Shown in pieces: positions 17,316 through 26,752 of a DNA stretch of 64,000 bases. Made by a program: the position numbers and the translations under genes. Positions within the stretch are counted from its first letter, which is position 1. Each line of letters begins with the position of its first letter. The notes beneath the pieces are model-generated. The model was given only the letters and a program-made list of their open reading frames with translations, ran no database searches and was not told the DNA's origin. This DNA is from Candidatus Aenigmatarchaeota archaeon (lineage in GTDB: Archaea; Thermoplasmatota; Thermoplasmata; Halarchaeoplasmatales; Halarchaeoplasmataceae): positions 1,486 to 65,485 of the forward strand of contig JBKHKA010000006.1 in the NCBI GenBank assembly GCA_046537845.1, in the 5' to 3' direction.

Positions 17316-18776
17316 ATGAATAGAAAAACGTCGAAAAGAAACAACCCACCCCCTACACCTAACAACCAAGAAAATTTGAAGAAAAAGATCAATTATCTGA
17401 AAAGAGAGTTGAATCAATGCCAAAAAGAGAAAAATGAGCTTCTCAACGAAAAAAAGATCGAGCTGAAGAACAAGGAGGATGAGATCGAGGAGCTCCGATA
17501 TAAATTGAAGCAATTAGAGGAAACTCCCAGCACTTCTCCCGAAAACACCGAATTGGTCAACGAACTCCAAGAGGAAAACAAAGAATTAAAAGAAGAAAAC
17601 GAACAGCTGATCATGGAGAGTAATCGATTAGAAGAACGTGTAGAGAGTTTAGAAGAGGAAAACAGAGACCTAAACAAACAACTAGAAGAGGTGAAAGAGG
17701 AGAACAAACGGCTAATGCGAGAACTGGAAAAATACAAAGACGAAGGTAAGATCGGGTTCAACCTTCCCTCAGGAGCTGAGATCAGAGGAGATATCGAATC
17801 CGATGATCTGATCCAAGTGGAGAACAATGTTAAGGTGCTTGGGTCTCTCAAATCGAAGATAGACATCATTCTTGGACACGGAAACGAGGTGAGAGGTGAC
17901 ATAATCTCTGAAGGGGGCGCCGTCAAGATAGGGAACGCCAGCGAGGTGGGGGGTATGATCAAAGGTGAAGAAGTCCACCTGGCCGAAGGTGTGAAGGCCA
18001 AGCAAGTACAGGCGAATGAAAAGATGGTGATAGAGAAAAACTGTAAAGTCTCAGATATCATTGCTTTGGGTGATGTAAAGTTGGGAGAGAACGTAGAAGT
18101 CGACGGTTCTTTAGAATATGCAGGTAATTTCAACGCTTCTAAAGGTGTAAAGATAACGAAGGCCGTTATCCCACGCTCGGAAGAAGAATTAGAAGAAAAA
18201 TCACAAGAAACTTTAACGGAAAAACCTGCCTTCCCTCCGGTGATAGTAAGAAACGAATCAGAAATACCTGAAGATGTAGCGGAAGAAGAACGAGCTCTCA
18301 TGGAATCGGTTGAAAAAAAGATGGACGAAGTCAGAGGTGCGATAAAATCGGCTAGGAAACAGAGGATGGATATCTCCGAAGAGAGAGAACTACTCAGCCA
18401 GGGCGCCTCTTTTTACAAAGAAGGAGAATATGAGAAAGCAGAAGATCTGATATCCCAATGCCTCTCTCAGCTCAAAGAAAAGTTATCTGAGGGGTCAAAG
18501 GCTGAAAAAGGGGTTGATAAAGAAGAACCCTCACTCGATTCGGTTATCGAAGGGGTGGAAAATGAACTCGAAGAGGAAAAAGATAAAGAAGAGGTCTTGA
18601 AGGACTTCACCAGCATCAGAGGTATCGGACCTTCCGTAGCGGAAAGACTGTATGAAGGAGGATTCTATTCTTTAGAAAAATTGAAGAACGCCTCCGTCGA
18701 GGACCTACAAAATGTCGAAGGGATCGGCCAGGCTTTCTCCAAAAAGATAAAAGAAAATATTTCTTCGGAAGATTAA
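17316..18776 (+). CDS. coiled-coil protein with central bactofilin-like beta-helical repeat region, helical hairpin and C-terminal (HhH)2 module
   Basis: The N-terminal ~140 aa is heptad-rich (E/K/L/N). Residues ~150-285 carry short G/V/I-periodic repeats (IRGDIESDDLIQVENNVKVLGSL...EVRGDIISEGGAVKIGNASEVGGMIKGEEVHLAEGV...) like polymer-forming bactofilin/DUF583 proteins. The C-terminus is IRGIGPSVAERLYEGGFYSLEKLKNASVEDLQNVEGIGQAFSKKI. Confidence 0.65.
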   Translation: MNRKTSKRNNPPPTPNNQENLKKKINYLKRELNQCQKEKNELLNEKKIELKNKEDEIEELRYKLKQLEETPSTSPENTELVNELQEENKELKEENEQLIMESNRLEERVESLEEENRDLNKQLEEVKEENKRLMRELEKYKDEGKIGFNLPSGAEIRGDIESDDLIQVENNVKVLGSLKSKIDIILGHGNEVRGDIISEGGAVKIGNASEVGGMIKGEEVHLAEGVKAKQVQANEKMVIEKNCKVSDIIALGDVKLGENVEVDGSLEYAGNFNASKGVKITKAVIPRSEEELEEKSQETLTEKPAFPPVIVRNESEIPEDVAEEERALMESVEKKMDEVRGAIKSARKQRMDISEERELLSQGASFYKEGEYEKAEDLISQCLSQLKEKLSEGSKAEKGVDKEEPSLDSVIEGVENELEEEKDKEEVLKDFTSIRGIGPSVAERLYEGGFYSLEKLKNASVEDLQNVEGIGQAFSKKIKENISSED

Positions 18777-18811
18777 AGTCAATTTTTCTATCTCTAGTCT
18801 CTACTAGTGTC

Positions 18812-20518
18812 TCATATGTCCGATAATTCTTTTACAGGCCCCGCAGACCTATTTATATTATACCAGTGGAGGAGGTACACGGTGAGGTAACTGATGAAAA
18901 GTATGAAGGGTACCAAGATAATGTAGAGCAAAATTATGACAGCCAGGCTTTGAAGTAATATTGCCAGATTTGTGATGGTAAGGTCTGTAAGATATGGGAT
19001 GGAAAAGGGAATGAAAAGCAAGGTCATGAAAACTATACCAGAAGATATAAGAGCCGAGAAGAAGATCTCTGCTCTCCATCTACACCCCAGATAGTACGCC
19101 ATACCGGAGGAAAGAGAGACCAATCCAAACACTACCCACAGATCTATGCCCAAAAAATAAAGAGGTACAGCGAGAAGACCGATTGATGATGCATATAACG
19201 GTTTTTTTGGGTCGAATTCTATTACGTTGACTCCCCTCATCCAATCAAAAAACTCAATTATCCTCGTTTTTGCTTTCTCTTTCACCGCAGAGATCCTCTC
19301 CCATATAGAGAGCTTAACTTTTTTATCTCTCATCTTTATAGCTTTCTCCGCCTCACGGCACTCTTTCCACTGAGTGTATCTATCTATGATATAGGAAAGG
19401 GAAAGCATCACTCCTAGGGTTACTAGGGTGAACATCAAAGTGGTGAAAAGATTGAGTATCAAAGCGCCGTGAGAAGGGTTTCCCTCTATGACCCTTCCCA
19501 CGAAATTTTTGGGATAGATTATCCAAAAAGGAGAATAGTGATCCACGATTTCCTTGTTGTAGGTGCCCGGTTCAGCATCATCTGGTACCTCTATCTGGAA
19601 ATTTATCGTGTGATTACCGCCTGGACTCGTTCGAAAATTTTTTTGGTCCATACTGACCCATTCCGACTCTTCTCCTCTCACGGTCACGTGATGGGTCAAA
19701 AGAGCGTGACCAGGATTATCAACCGTCTGATTGCCCGGGATCACCTCGCCCTGCTGAGCATAAGAGTAACTGTGATCTGCACTCTCTTCAGCACTCTCGT
19801 CAACCCCTATGGAGATGGAGACGGTTTCGGAGCCAAACCAGGTGCTGGGAACGATGATGAAAGCAAAGACTATAAAGATGATCAAAAACAGCTCCCATAT
19901 GTGGGATTTTTCCTCCTCAAATATCAGCCTCTTGATCTTTTCATCTTCGTCCTCCTCTTCAGGCGAGATGAAGAGTATGGTGAGTATTATCATGATACCA
20001 GCCGTGAGTAGGGGTATCAACATGGCTATGCCGCCGCTGGCTAATCCACCGGCCATGGCTGCTGTCACGGAAACTGAAAGGAGGATCCAGATATGGCCTA
20101 TCAAGGGGATCTTGAGAGACCAACCACCGATAGACACCGGTGTTCCAAGGAGATTCTTTTCTCTCACCGGGGGTTCTAGCCCATTTTGATCGGGATTGTC
20201 ATTGGCATCACCTTGGGTTATCAGTTCCTTCTCTCCGCTTTCTTCCCGTACCTCGACCACCCTGTGTATGATAAGATCTCCTTCTCTACTCTGGCTAGAA
20301 TAAACGACTATATCTCCTTCTTCGACTTCATCTATCGTAGTGGGTCTCCAAAATATCAGATCCCCTGCAGAGAATGTAGGTTCCATGCTGTCAGATTCCA
20401 CCACGGAAAGAGGGGTCGGCTGTACCTCTCCCACGAAAGATATACCTCTTGCAACTAACAGTAGGATCAAGACAGTGAGAAGCAGATTGCCTAAAACCTG
20501 TTTGAGGTCCAGCTCCAT
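18812..20518 (-). CDS. signal peptidase I (archaeal Sec11/S26B type) fused to a large C-terminal membrane/extracytoplasmic region
   Basis: The N-terminal TM is followed by VVESDSMEPTFSAGDLIFW (catalytic Ser box), IIHRVVEV (His box) and ITQGDANDNPD. About 400 further aa carry several TMs and a beta-sandwich-like segment (INFQIEVPDDAEPGTY). Confidence 0.8.
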   Translation of the reverse strand: MELDLKQVLGNLLLTVLILLLVARGISFVGEVQPTPLSVVESDSMEPTFSAGDLIFWRPTTIDEVEEGDIVVYSSQSREGDLIIHRVVEVREESGEKELITQGDANDNPDQNGLEPPVREKNLLGTPVSIGGWSLKIPLIGHIWILLSVSVTAAMAGGLASGGIAMLIPLLTAGIMIILTILFISPEEEDEDEKIKRLIFEEEKSHIWELFLIIFIVFAFIIVPSTWFGSETVSISIGVDESAEESADHSYSYAQQGEVIPGNQTVDNPGHALLTHHVTVRGEESEWVSMDQKNFRTSPGGNHTINFQIEVPDDAEPGTYNKEIVDHYSPFWIIYPKNFVGRVIEGNPSHGALILNLFTTLMFTLVTLGVMLSLSYIIDRYTQWKECREAEKAIKMRDKKVKLSIWERISAVKEKAKTRIIEFFDWMRGVNVIEFDPKKPLYASSIGLLAVPLYFLGIDLWVVFGLVSLSSGMAYYLGCRWRAEIFFSALISSGIVFMTLLFIPFSIPYLTDLTITNLAILLQSLAVIILLYIILVPFILFISYLTVYLLHWYNINRSAGPVKELSDI

Positions 20519-20728
20519 TACTTATATACGATAGGTTGTTAGGATTTAAAATTTGTCTTTTGAGTGGGAACTTTGATGAGATTTCTACAAAATTTAACAA
20601 AAATATATATATCAATAAGGGCCTTTATATGCAGATGTAGAAACCCGCGGGAAAACATTAAAGTGTAATGACCTATAACCATCTTTAATATATAAGATAA
20701 TGTGTTATCACCAAGGAGGAAGGCTGGA

Positions 20729-23188
20729 ATGGAGAAAAATGGGGTATCTAGCGAGTTAAAAGACAAGTCAGAAGATCAAGATATAGAACATTCTGCTCTG
20801 ATAAAAGATCTATCCAGCCTATTTTACAGGTCTAAAAACGACAAAGATCGGACCATGGAATCCATAAGTGGAGCATGTCTTGAGATTACGGGCTACAAAT
20901 CCTCCGAGCTCATCCATAACGAAGAAATAGCTTGGGGTGAATTGATAAAACCAGAGGATAGGGAGAGGATATGGAAGGAAATACAGGATGCAGTTAGAAA
21001 AGATGAATTCTTCAAGATCGATTACAGGTTATCAACTAAAGAGGGCAAAGAAAAGTGGGTGTGGGATCAGGGAAGAGCTATAAGAGATCCAGAAGGCGAG
21101 ATAGAAGCTCTTGAGGGCTTCATAACTGATATCACCGAGGAGGTGAGGGCCAAAAAAAAGGCAAAAGAGAGGGAAAGAAAGATAAAAAAACTCTATGAAG
21201 CCGCGACTAGATTTGAAAGATGTAAAACAAACAAGGAGCTATTCGACTCCGCATTAAAGTCAGCTAAAGACATACTCGGATTTTATACTTGTGCTATCCT
21301 CATGGAAGACGATGGAGAATTCGTAGTAAAAGCAAAAACGAAAAAAAGTGCGTTTGAAGAGAATGAGCGTGTTACGATAAAAGGTTTAGGAGAGAAAGCC
21401 CTTAGAAAAGGGGAAGCTTCGTTGGTAAAAGATGTGTCCAAAAGAGACGATGCCGGCGCCACTAAAGAAGTATTGAAATCGGGCGTGACCGTCCCTGTAG
21501 GGGACAAAGGTGTTTTTGCAACAGCTTCGGATGAAGTGAATTACTATGACGAATTCGATCTAGAGATGGCAAAGACCCTTGCATCTCACATATATGAGGG
21601 GTTAAAAAGGATAGAATCTGAGAGAGAAAAATCTCTTATCTTGGACACGACCGAAGAGCTGGTCGTCTATCAGGATGCTGATTTCAATGTGAGATGGGTC
21701 AACAGGGCCGCAGCTGAATCCGTAGATGAAGATATAGAAGCGCTTCAGGGTAAAAAATGTTACCAGATCTGGCACCATCTTGATCAGCCCTGTGAAGGAT
21801 GCCCCGTAAAAAAGGCGAAAGAGACGGGAAAACAGGAAGAGGGAGAGCGTAAAGACAGACATGGAACCCATTGGTTGGTCCGAGCGACACCCAAAAAAGA
21901 CGACGAGGGGAACATCACAGGTGTGGTCGAGATCGCTCTAGATATCACGGAAAGAAAGGAAGCTAAAGAAAAACTAAAGGACAATAAAGAAAGGATCAAG
22001 GAGCTCCTTGGATACACCTCTAGGCTAGAAAAACAGCAGGATATGGACACAATCTACGATACCGCGGTTGAAGCGGCTGAAAAAATCTTAGATATCAATA
22101 TGGGGGGGATCTATATTTTAGAGAACGATAAGTTGGTGTTGAAGGCTAAATCATCAGAGGTCCCAGATGATCCCCGAATCGACGAAAGAGAAAAAGATAG
22201 GGGGGTCGCCGGCAGGGTTTTAGAAACGAAAGAACCGGATATAACAGGCGATTTCAGCGAGTCCGGAGAACCAGAACCTCTCCTCGAAATCTTTGAAGAA
22301 TACCGGTCGGGCATTACGGTCCCCATAGGTGAGATAGGTATATTTCAGGCCATGTCGAAAGAAAAATATCGGTTCTCAGAAGACGATCTAGATATGTTAG
22401 AGCTACTTTTTACCCATGTAGTCGAGGCAAAAGAGAGGGTCGATCTCCATGAAAAACTCAAGGAGAGCGAAGAAAGATACAGGACCATATTTGAACATAC
22501 CGGAACTGCCATGATGATCATAGAAGAAGACATGACTATCTCTCTGGTGAATGAAAAATTAGAGAATATCTCTGGATATCCAAGGGAAGAACTCGAAGGT
22601 GAAAAGAAGTGGACCGAGTTCGTTTTCGAAGAAGATAGAGAGAGGATGAAAAGATACCATAAGGAGAGAAGAGAGGACAATAAAGACATGCCTGATAGGT
22701 ACACTTTCAGGGGAGTTACCCGCTTCGGAGACGTGCGGCATTTCCTGATGGAGATCAGTATGATCCCCAATACCAAAAAGTCCGTAGCCTCTCTTATCGA
22801 TGTGACTGAATACAGAAAAACGTTTGGAGCTCTTAGAGAGAGCCAGGAAGCTTTCCGTATCCTGTTTGAAAACATCACTCAACCTATCATCTTGATAGAA
22901 AAAGATAAAACGGTGAGAGAGGTCAACGATAAGTTCATGGAAGTGTTCGGCCAAAGTATGGAAGATTTCGCTGGAAGTTCGTTGAAGGATATACTAGATC
23001 CCGACACTCCAGAGAGAATAAAAGAAAAGATCGAAGAACTGCTCTTGGGTAAAAGAGACAAAGTAAAAGATGAGATCTATATTGAACTTAAAAAAGGAGA
23101 AAAGAAACCTGTTGAATTAGATCTGAACTTGATAAAAGACACCGACGAGGAGCCATCCTACGCTATGGGGATCCTCTATTTAAAGTGA
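20729..23188 (+). CDS. multi-PAS/GAF sensor protein without recognisable output domain
   Basis: PAS-like blocks recur (for example YRLSTKEGKEKWVWDQGRAIRDPEGEIEALEGFITDITE and RYTFRGVTRFGDVRHFLMEISMI) and are interleaved with GAF-like blocks. I saw no HisKA/HATPase motifs. The ATG at 20729 follows AAGGAGGAAGG. The track GTG at 20702 is less likely. Confidence 0.8.
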   Translation: MEKNGVSSELKDKSEDQDIEHSALIKDLSSLFYRSKNDKDRTMESISGACLEITGYKSSELIHNEEIAWGELIKPEDRERIWKEIQDAVRKDEFFKIDYRLSTKEGKEKWVWDQGRAIRDPEGEIEALEGFITDITEEVRAKKKAKERERKIKKLYEAATRFERCKTNKELFDSALKSAKDILGFYTCAILMEDDGEFVVKAKTKKSAFEENERVTIKGLGEKALRKGEASLVKDVSKRDDAGATKEVLKSGVTVPVGDKGVFATASDEVNYYDEFDLEMAKTLASHIYEGLKRIESEREKSLILDTTEELVVYQDADFNVRWVNRAAAESVDEDIEALQGKKCYQIWHHLDQPCEGCPVKKAKETGKQEEGERKDRHGTHWLVRATPKKDDEGNITGVVEIALDITERKEAKEKLKDNKERIKELLGYTSRLEKQQDMDTIYDTAVEAAEKILDINMGGIYILENDKLVLKAKSSEVPDDPRIDEREKDRGVAGRVLETKEPDITGDFSESGEPEPLLEIFEEYRSGITVPIGEIGIFQAMSKEKYRFSEDDLDMLELLFTHVVEAKERVDLHEKLKESEERYRTIFEHTGTAMMIIEEDMTISLVNEKLENISGYPREELEGEKKWTEFVFEEDRERMKRYHKERREDNKDMPDRYTFRGVTRFGDVRHFLMEISMIPNTKKSVASLIDVTEYRKTFGALRESQEAFRILFENITQPIILIEKDKTVREVNDKFMEVFGQSMEDFAGSSLKDILDPDTPERIKEKIEELLLGKRDKVKDEIYIELKKGEKKPVELDLNLIKDTDEEPSYAMGILYLK

Positions 23189-23215
23189 GATAGAATCTAA
23201 TTTAGTAATTTAGGA

Positions 23216-25675
23216 CTATTCTTCAGGGAGGGACTCCAAAGCCTCTTTGGCTTTGTTTACAAATTTTTCCGTCGCCCCTATCTTCTTGAATGTTTCGTAA
23301 GCATTTTCGATGTGTTCTCTAGCCTTCTCGAACTCCTCCTTCTCCTTATAAGCTATACCGAGGTCCAACCTATATTCCGCCCTGTTGAAGGGAACTTCAA
23401 GATCTTCCATCATCTTCCAAGCTTTCTCATAACGCTCGATCGCCTTATCGAGGTCTCCCTCTTTGTGATAAATCATCCCTTTCTTGTGATGAACCGCTGC
23501 CAGACCCAATTTATCGTCTATCTCTTTCATCAAATCTTCTGTGCCTTCGATATACTCGGCAGCTTTCTCGGTTTCGCCCATCCGAGTGTAAGCTTCCGCA
23601 GCGTTGAAAGAACCCCATCCTAGGAAGTTCTTATTATCTATCCTATCCGCATATTCCACACATTTTTCGAAATATTCTATCGCCTTGTCCCACTCTTCCT
23701 TTTTCATGTATTGATCGCCCAGGTTGTTATGAGCCCTGGCCAATTGACGGTAGATGTTCCTCGCTTCAAGCGGTGGAAGGCTCCTTTTGTAGTACTGTAT
23801 AGCTCTATCGTGTTCACCCCTTTGGGCATAAACATTTGCCAAGTTCAGATAGTTCAATGCGAGCTCTTTATCATTATCCGCATTTTTCGCCTTCTCTATC
23901 CCGTCCTGATAGTATTTTTCAGCCTCTTTGTACTTCCCCTCTCTCCACCGGAGATATCCAAGACCCCTATTGCACTGGGCTATGCCTTCAAGATCATCCA
24001 GTTCTTTACATATCTTCAACGCCTGCTCAAGATACCCTTCGGCCTTCTCAGGGTCACGGATCTCCTTATACACGTGCCCGAGCCTCATCAAACCCATCCC
24101 TTCCATCCTTTTATCTCCTAATTTTCTCCCTCTCCTGATCATATCAGTATATATCTTCCTAGCGGAGTCCCAATCGCTGATATCGTAATAAAGGTTGCCG
24201 ATCCGCTTTAAAAGTTCAAAAGCCTTCTCATCTACATCCTCTATTTTCTTCGCTTTACGAACAGATTTCAAAGTTTTTTCAAAATAATCGACCGCGGTCG
24301 CTATGTCCAAACCTTGAAGCGCCTTTTCACCGGCTTTTTCAGAATACTCGTAAGCCTTCTCGTAATCTCTGCCTTCAAAAAAATGCCGACTCAAATCGAA
24401 ATAATGCTCTTCAAGTTCACCTTCATAGAAGTCTTCTAAGATCTGCCCGATCTTCCTGTGAGATACTCTTTTCCTGCTGCGCCCCATCTCGTCATATAAT
24501 ACGGTTCTAGTCTGGAGGTGATGAAAACGATATAGCTCTTCTTCCTCAGCCCCTTCCACTTCTTCTATCAGCCCCTGGTCCTTCAAACTGTCTATGACAT
24601 CCAAGAGTTCTATCACATCCATATCCATTACTTTTTCCAATATCTGGAAATTGAACTCGGTACCGAGCAAAGAAGCGAACATCAGGACCTTCTTCTCCTC
24701 TTTATCTAAACTCTCTATCTTTCTACTCGTGATGTCCTTGATAGATGAGGGGATAGTTATATCCGATAGCTCTTCATGAGGGTCCCAGGTGAAGGAGTTG
24801 GGATCTATAACGCCTTCCTGCATCATCGATTCCAGTATCTCCACGACATAAAAAGGGTTGCCTTCGCTCTCTCGATAAAGCGTCCAGAGGAACTCATCAG
24901 GTAGATCTTCACGCTGCAGGTATCTCTTCACCAGCGCCGAAACCGACTGCTGGTCGAGCCTTGGAACGTTTATTATCTCCACTATCTTCTCTTCTTTCAT
25001 CCTATCTATCGTGTCTTTTAGAGGGGGCCTCTCCCCTTCATATCGAAGTTCTTCAGGTCGGTAAGCGCCCAAAAGCATTATCCTCTCGTCGGAGATGTTC
25101 CGAGCTAGATGATGGAGCAGTTGAGCCGATGAATCATCTATCCACTGAAGATCATCCAGGAAGAAAACAACGGGCTGATCTTTAGATATCTCTATCATTA
25201 TGTCTGTTATCCGATTGAACATCATATCCTGCTGGTCCGAAAAAGACGTCTCTTCGTGAACTTCCTCTTCTTCCTGTTCACCAACGATAAAACTCATAGG
25301 GGTAGCGTCCTCGGTACCTGTAGCTGCAGCCTGCCCCATAAAGCCAGGCCCCATCCCCTCCTCTACCTCCTCTTCGTTTTCTTCTTCTCTCTCGATATAT
25401 TCATCTAGTGCCTCGTAAAAAGGGAGATATGGCTCCGTACTTTCATAATACAGACAGCGGCTCTTCAACACCTCGAACCCGCTCTTTTCACAATCCTTAA
25501 GGAATTCTTCAGCTATACGGGTCTTTCCCACACCGGTCTCGCCCTTCAGAAATATACACATACCTTCTTCAGAGGTTACCACCTCTTTATAATGTTCCAA
25601 CTCCATCAATATCTCTTCTCTATCGACAAAAGAGTACGATTCGTCGAATTCCTTTCCTACCGGCTTAGCACTCAT
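23216..25675 (-). CDS. STAND/AAA-type NTPase with C-terminal TPR array
   Basis: It has Walker A GETGVGKTR and Walker B VVFFLDDLQWIDDSS, followed by many TPR-like repeats (GxYxxAxxYYxxAL pattern) to the C-terminus. No N-terminal effector or HTH is visible. Confidence 0.8.
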   Translation of the reverse strand: MSAKPVGKEFDESYSFVDREEILMELEHYKEVVTSEEGMCIFLKGETGVGKTRIAEEFLKDCEKSGFEVLKSRCLYYESTEPYLPFYEALDEYIEREEENEEEVEEGMGPGFMGQAAATGTEDATPMSFIVGEQEEEEVHEETSFSDQQDMMFNRITDIMIEISKDQPVVFFLDDLQWIDDSSAQLLHHLARNISDERIMLLGAYRPEELRYEGERPPLKDTIDRMKEEKIVEIINVPRLDQQSVSALVKRYLQREDLPDEFLWTLYRESEGNPFYVVEILESMMQEGVIDPNSFTWDPHEELSDITIPSSIKDITSRKIESLDKEEKKVLMFASLLGTEFNFQILEKVMDMDVIELLDVIDSLKDQGLIEEVEGAEEEELYRFHHLQTRTVLYDEMGRSRKRVSHRKIGQILEDFYEGELEEHYFDLSRHFFEGRDYEKAYEYSEKAGEKALQGLDIATAVDYFEKTLKSVRKAKKIEDVDEKAFELLKRIGNLYYDISDWDSARKIYTDMIRRGRKLGDKRMEGMGLMRLGHVYKEIRDPEKAEGYLEQALKICKELDDLEGIAQCNRGLGYLRWREGKYKEAEKYYQDGIEKAKNADNDKELALNYLNLANVYAQRGEHDRAIQYYKRSLPPLEARNIYRQLARAHNNLGDQYMKKEEWDKAIEYFEKCVEYADRIDNKNFLGWGSFNAAEAYTRMGETEKAAEYIEGTEDLMKEIDDKLGLAAVHHKKGMIYHKEGDLDKAIERYEKAWKMMEDLEVPFNRAEYRLDLGIAYKEKEEFEKAREHIENAYETFKKIGATEKFVNKAKEALESLPEE

Positions 25676-25758
25676 CTATTGTGGTAGAACAGTTTATTTT
25701 ATTAAAATTTATCCTCCGTCCCATTATAGCTTTATAGGTTCCTCTCTCTTATAAATGC

Positions 25759-26670
25759 CTACAGGAGTTCCCAATCGTTTCCGCTGCTTCTTGAGTGATG
25801 CTCTACTGATCGAGATCGTGATGTTTTATTGCCCCCATCTAGTGCCCTTTTGTCTTCAAATCTTGAACTAGACTTTTCTTTCAACCTCTTCGACTCTCTA
25901 TCGCTTTTTTTGTCCTTCCTTCGTCTACCATCATCTTTAAATCTCACTGGCTTTAGATCCTGGAGCCTCCTCTGTGAAGCTGCGGAGGCATTATTAGGTG
26001 CGGCAACTTGACGTTTTGGATATTTCATTCGTATCGTAGTGGTTGTTCCACTCTGGGCACCACCCGCCTTCCGCATCCCATCTGCATATTCTTTCCTCTT
26101 TTCCGCTGAAATTATGCCGCCTATATAAGCAAATATGATCGTTATCAGATAACTATTGGTTTCAAAAGGTACGCTGTCTACGACCCTTCCGAAGAATGTG
26201 CTCCAATATAGTGTCAAAAACTCGAAGTAAGGGCCGAGAAAAGAATGAGCTTCCGCGGCTGAAATCATCCCAGTCGGATAACTAAGGATACTCCCCAAGG
26301 TTACCGGTAAAAACCCTTCTACCAGGACATAATACACCACACCGATGACTCCTAGAGAGACTATAGAAGCCACTAAACCCTTCTTCGGGCCGCCGGTCCT
26401 TCTGCCGCCCACATATCCTGCTATCATGGGACCAAATAGAGGTATCCACCAGAGCAGTGACGATAATACGATCATGTACTTCACCCCGCTCCAAAAATCA
26501 TAGGTGACCCTCCCAAATTCCCTGATCTTTTCTGTGTTGATCCGGCTTTTCTTCTCTGAGTGTAATCTCAATAAGCCTTCTTCTTCCAACTTCCTGGTCG
26601 CAGGATCTTCCTTATTTCGTCTTAGGCGCATCCTATCCCACCGATGCATGTCGGACGGATTGTCCGACAT
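25759..26670 (-). CDS. membrane protein (about 4 TM) with basic C-terminal tail, function unknown
   Basis: The hydrophobic core (MIVLSSLLWWIPLFGPMIAGYVGG, LVASIVSLGVIGVVYYVLV, and others) is flanked by charged termini. No family is recognised. Confidence 0.5.
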   Translation of the reverse strand: MSDNPSDMHRWDRMRLRRNKEDPATRKLEEEGLLRLHSEKKSRINTEKIREFGRVTYDFWSGVKYMIVLSSLLWWIPLFGPMIAGYVGGRRTGGPKKGLVASIVSLGVIGVVYYVLVEGFLPVTLGSILSYPTGMISAAEAHSFLGPYFEFLTLYWSTFFGRVVDSVPFETNSYLITIIFAYIGGIISAEKRKEYADGMRKAGGAQSGTTTTIRMKYPKRQVAAPNNASAASQRRLQDLKPVRFKDDGRRRKDKKSDRESKRLKEKSSSRFEDKRALDGGNKTSRSRSVEHHSRSSGNDWELL

Positions 26671-26752
26671 ACATAATAGGTTTTGCCGTCTATATATATT
26701 TTATGACGGTATACGAGTTTTTGTCATACAAAAGTATTCGAGCGATAGTTCT

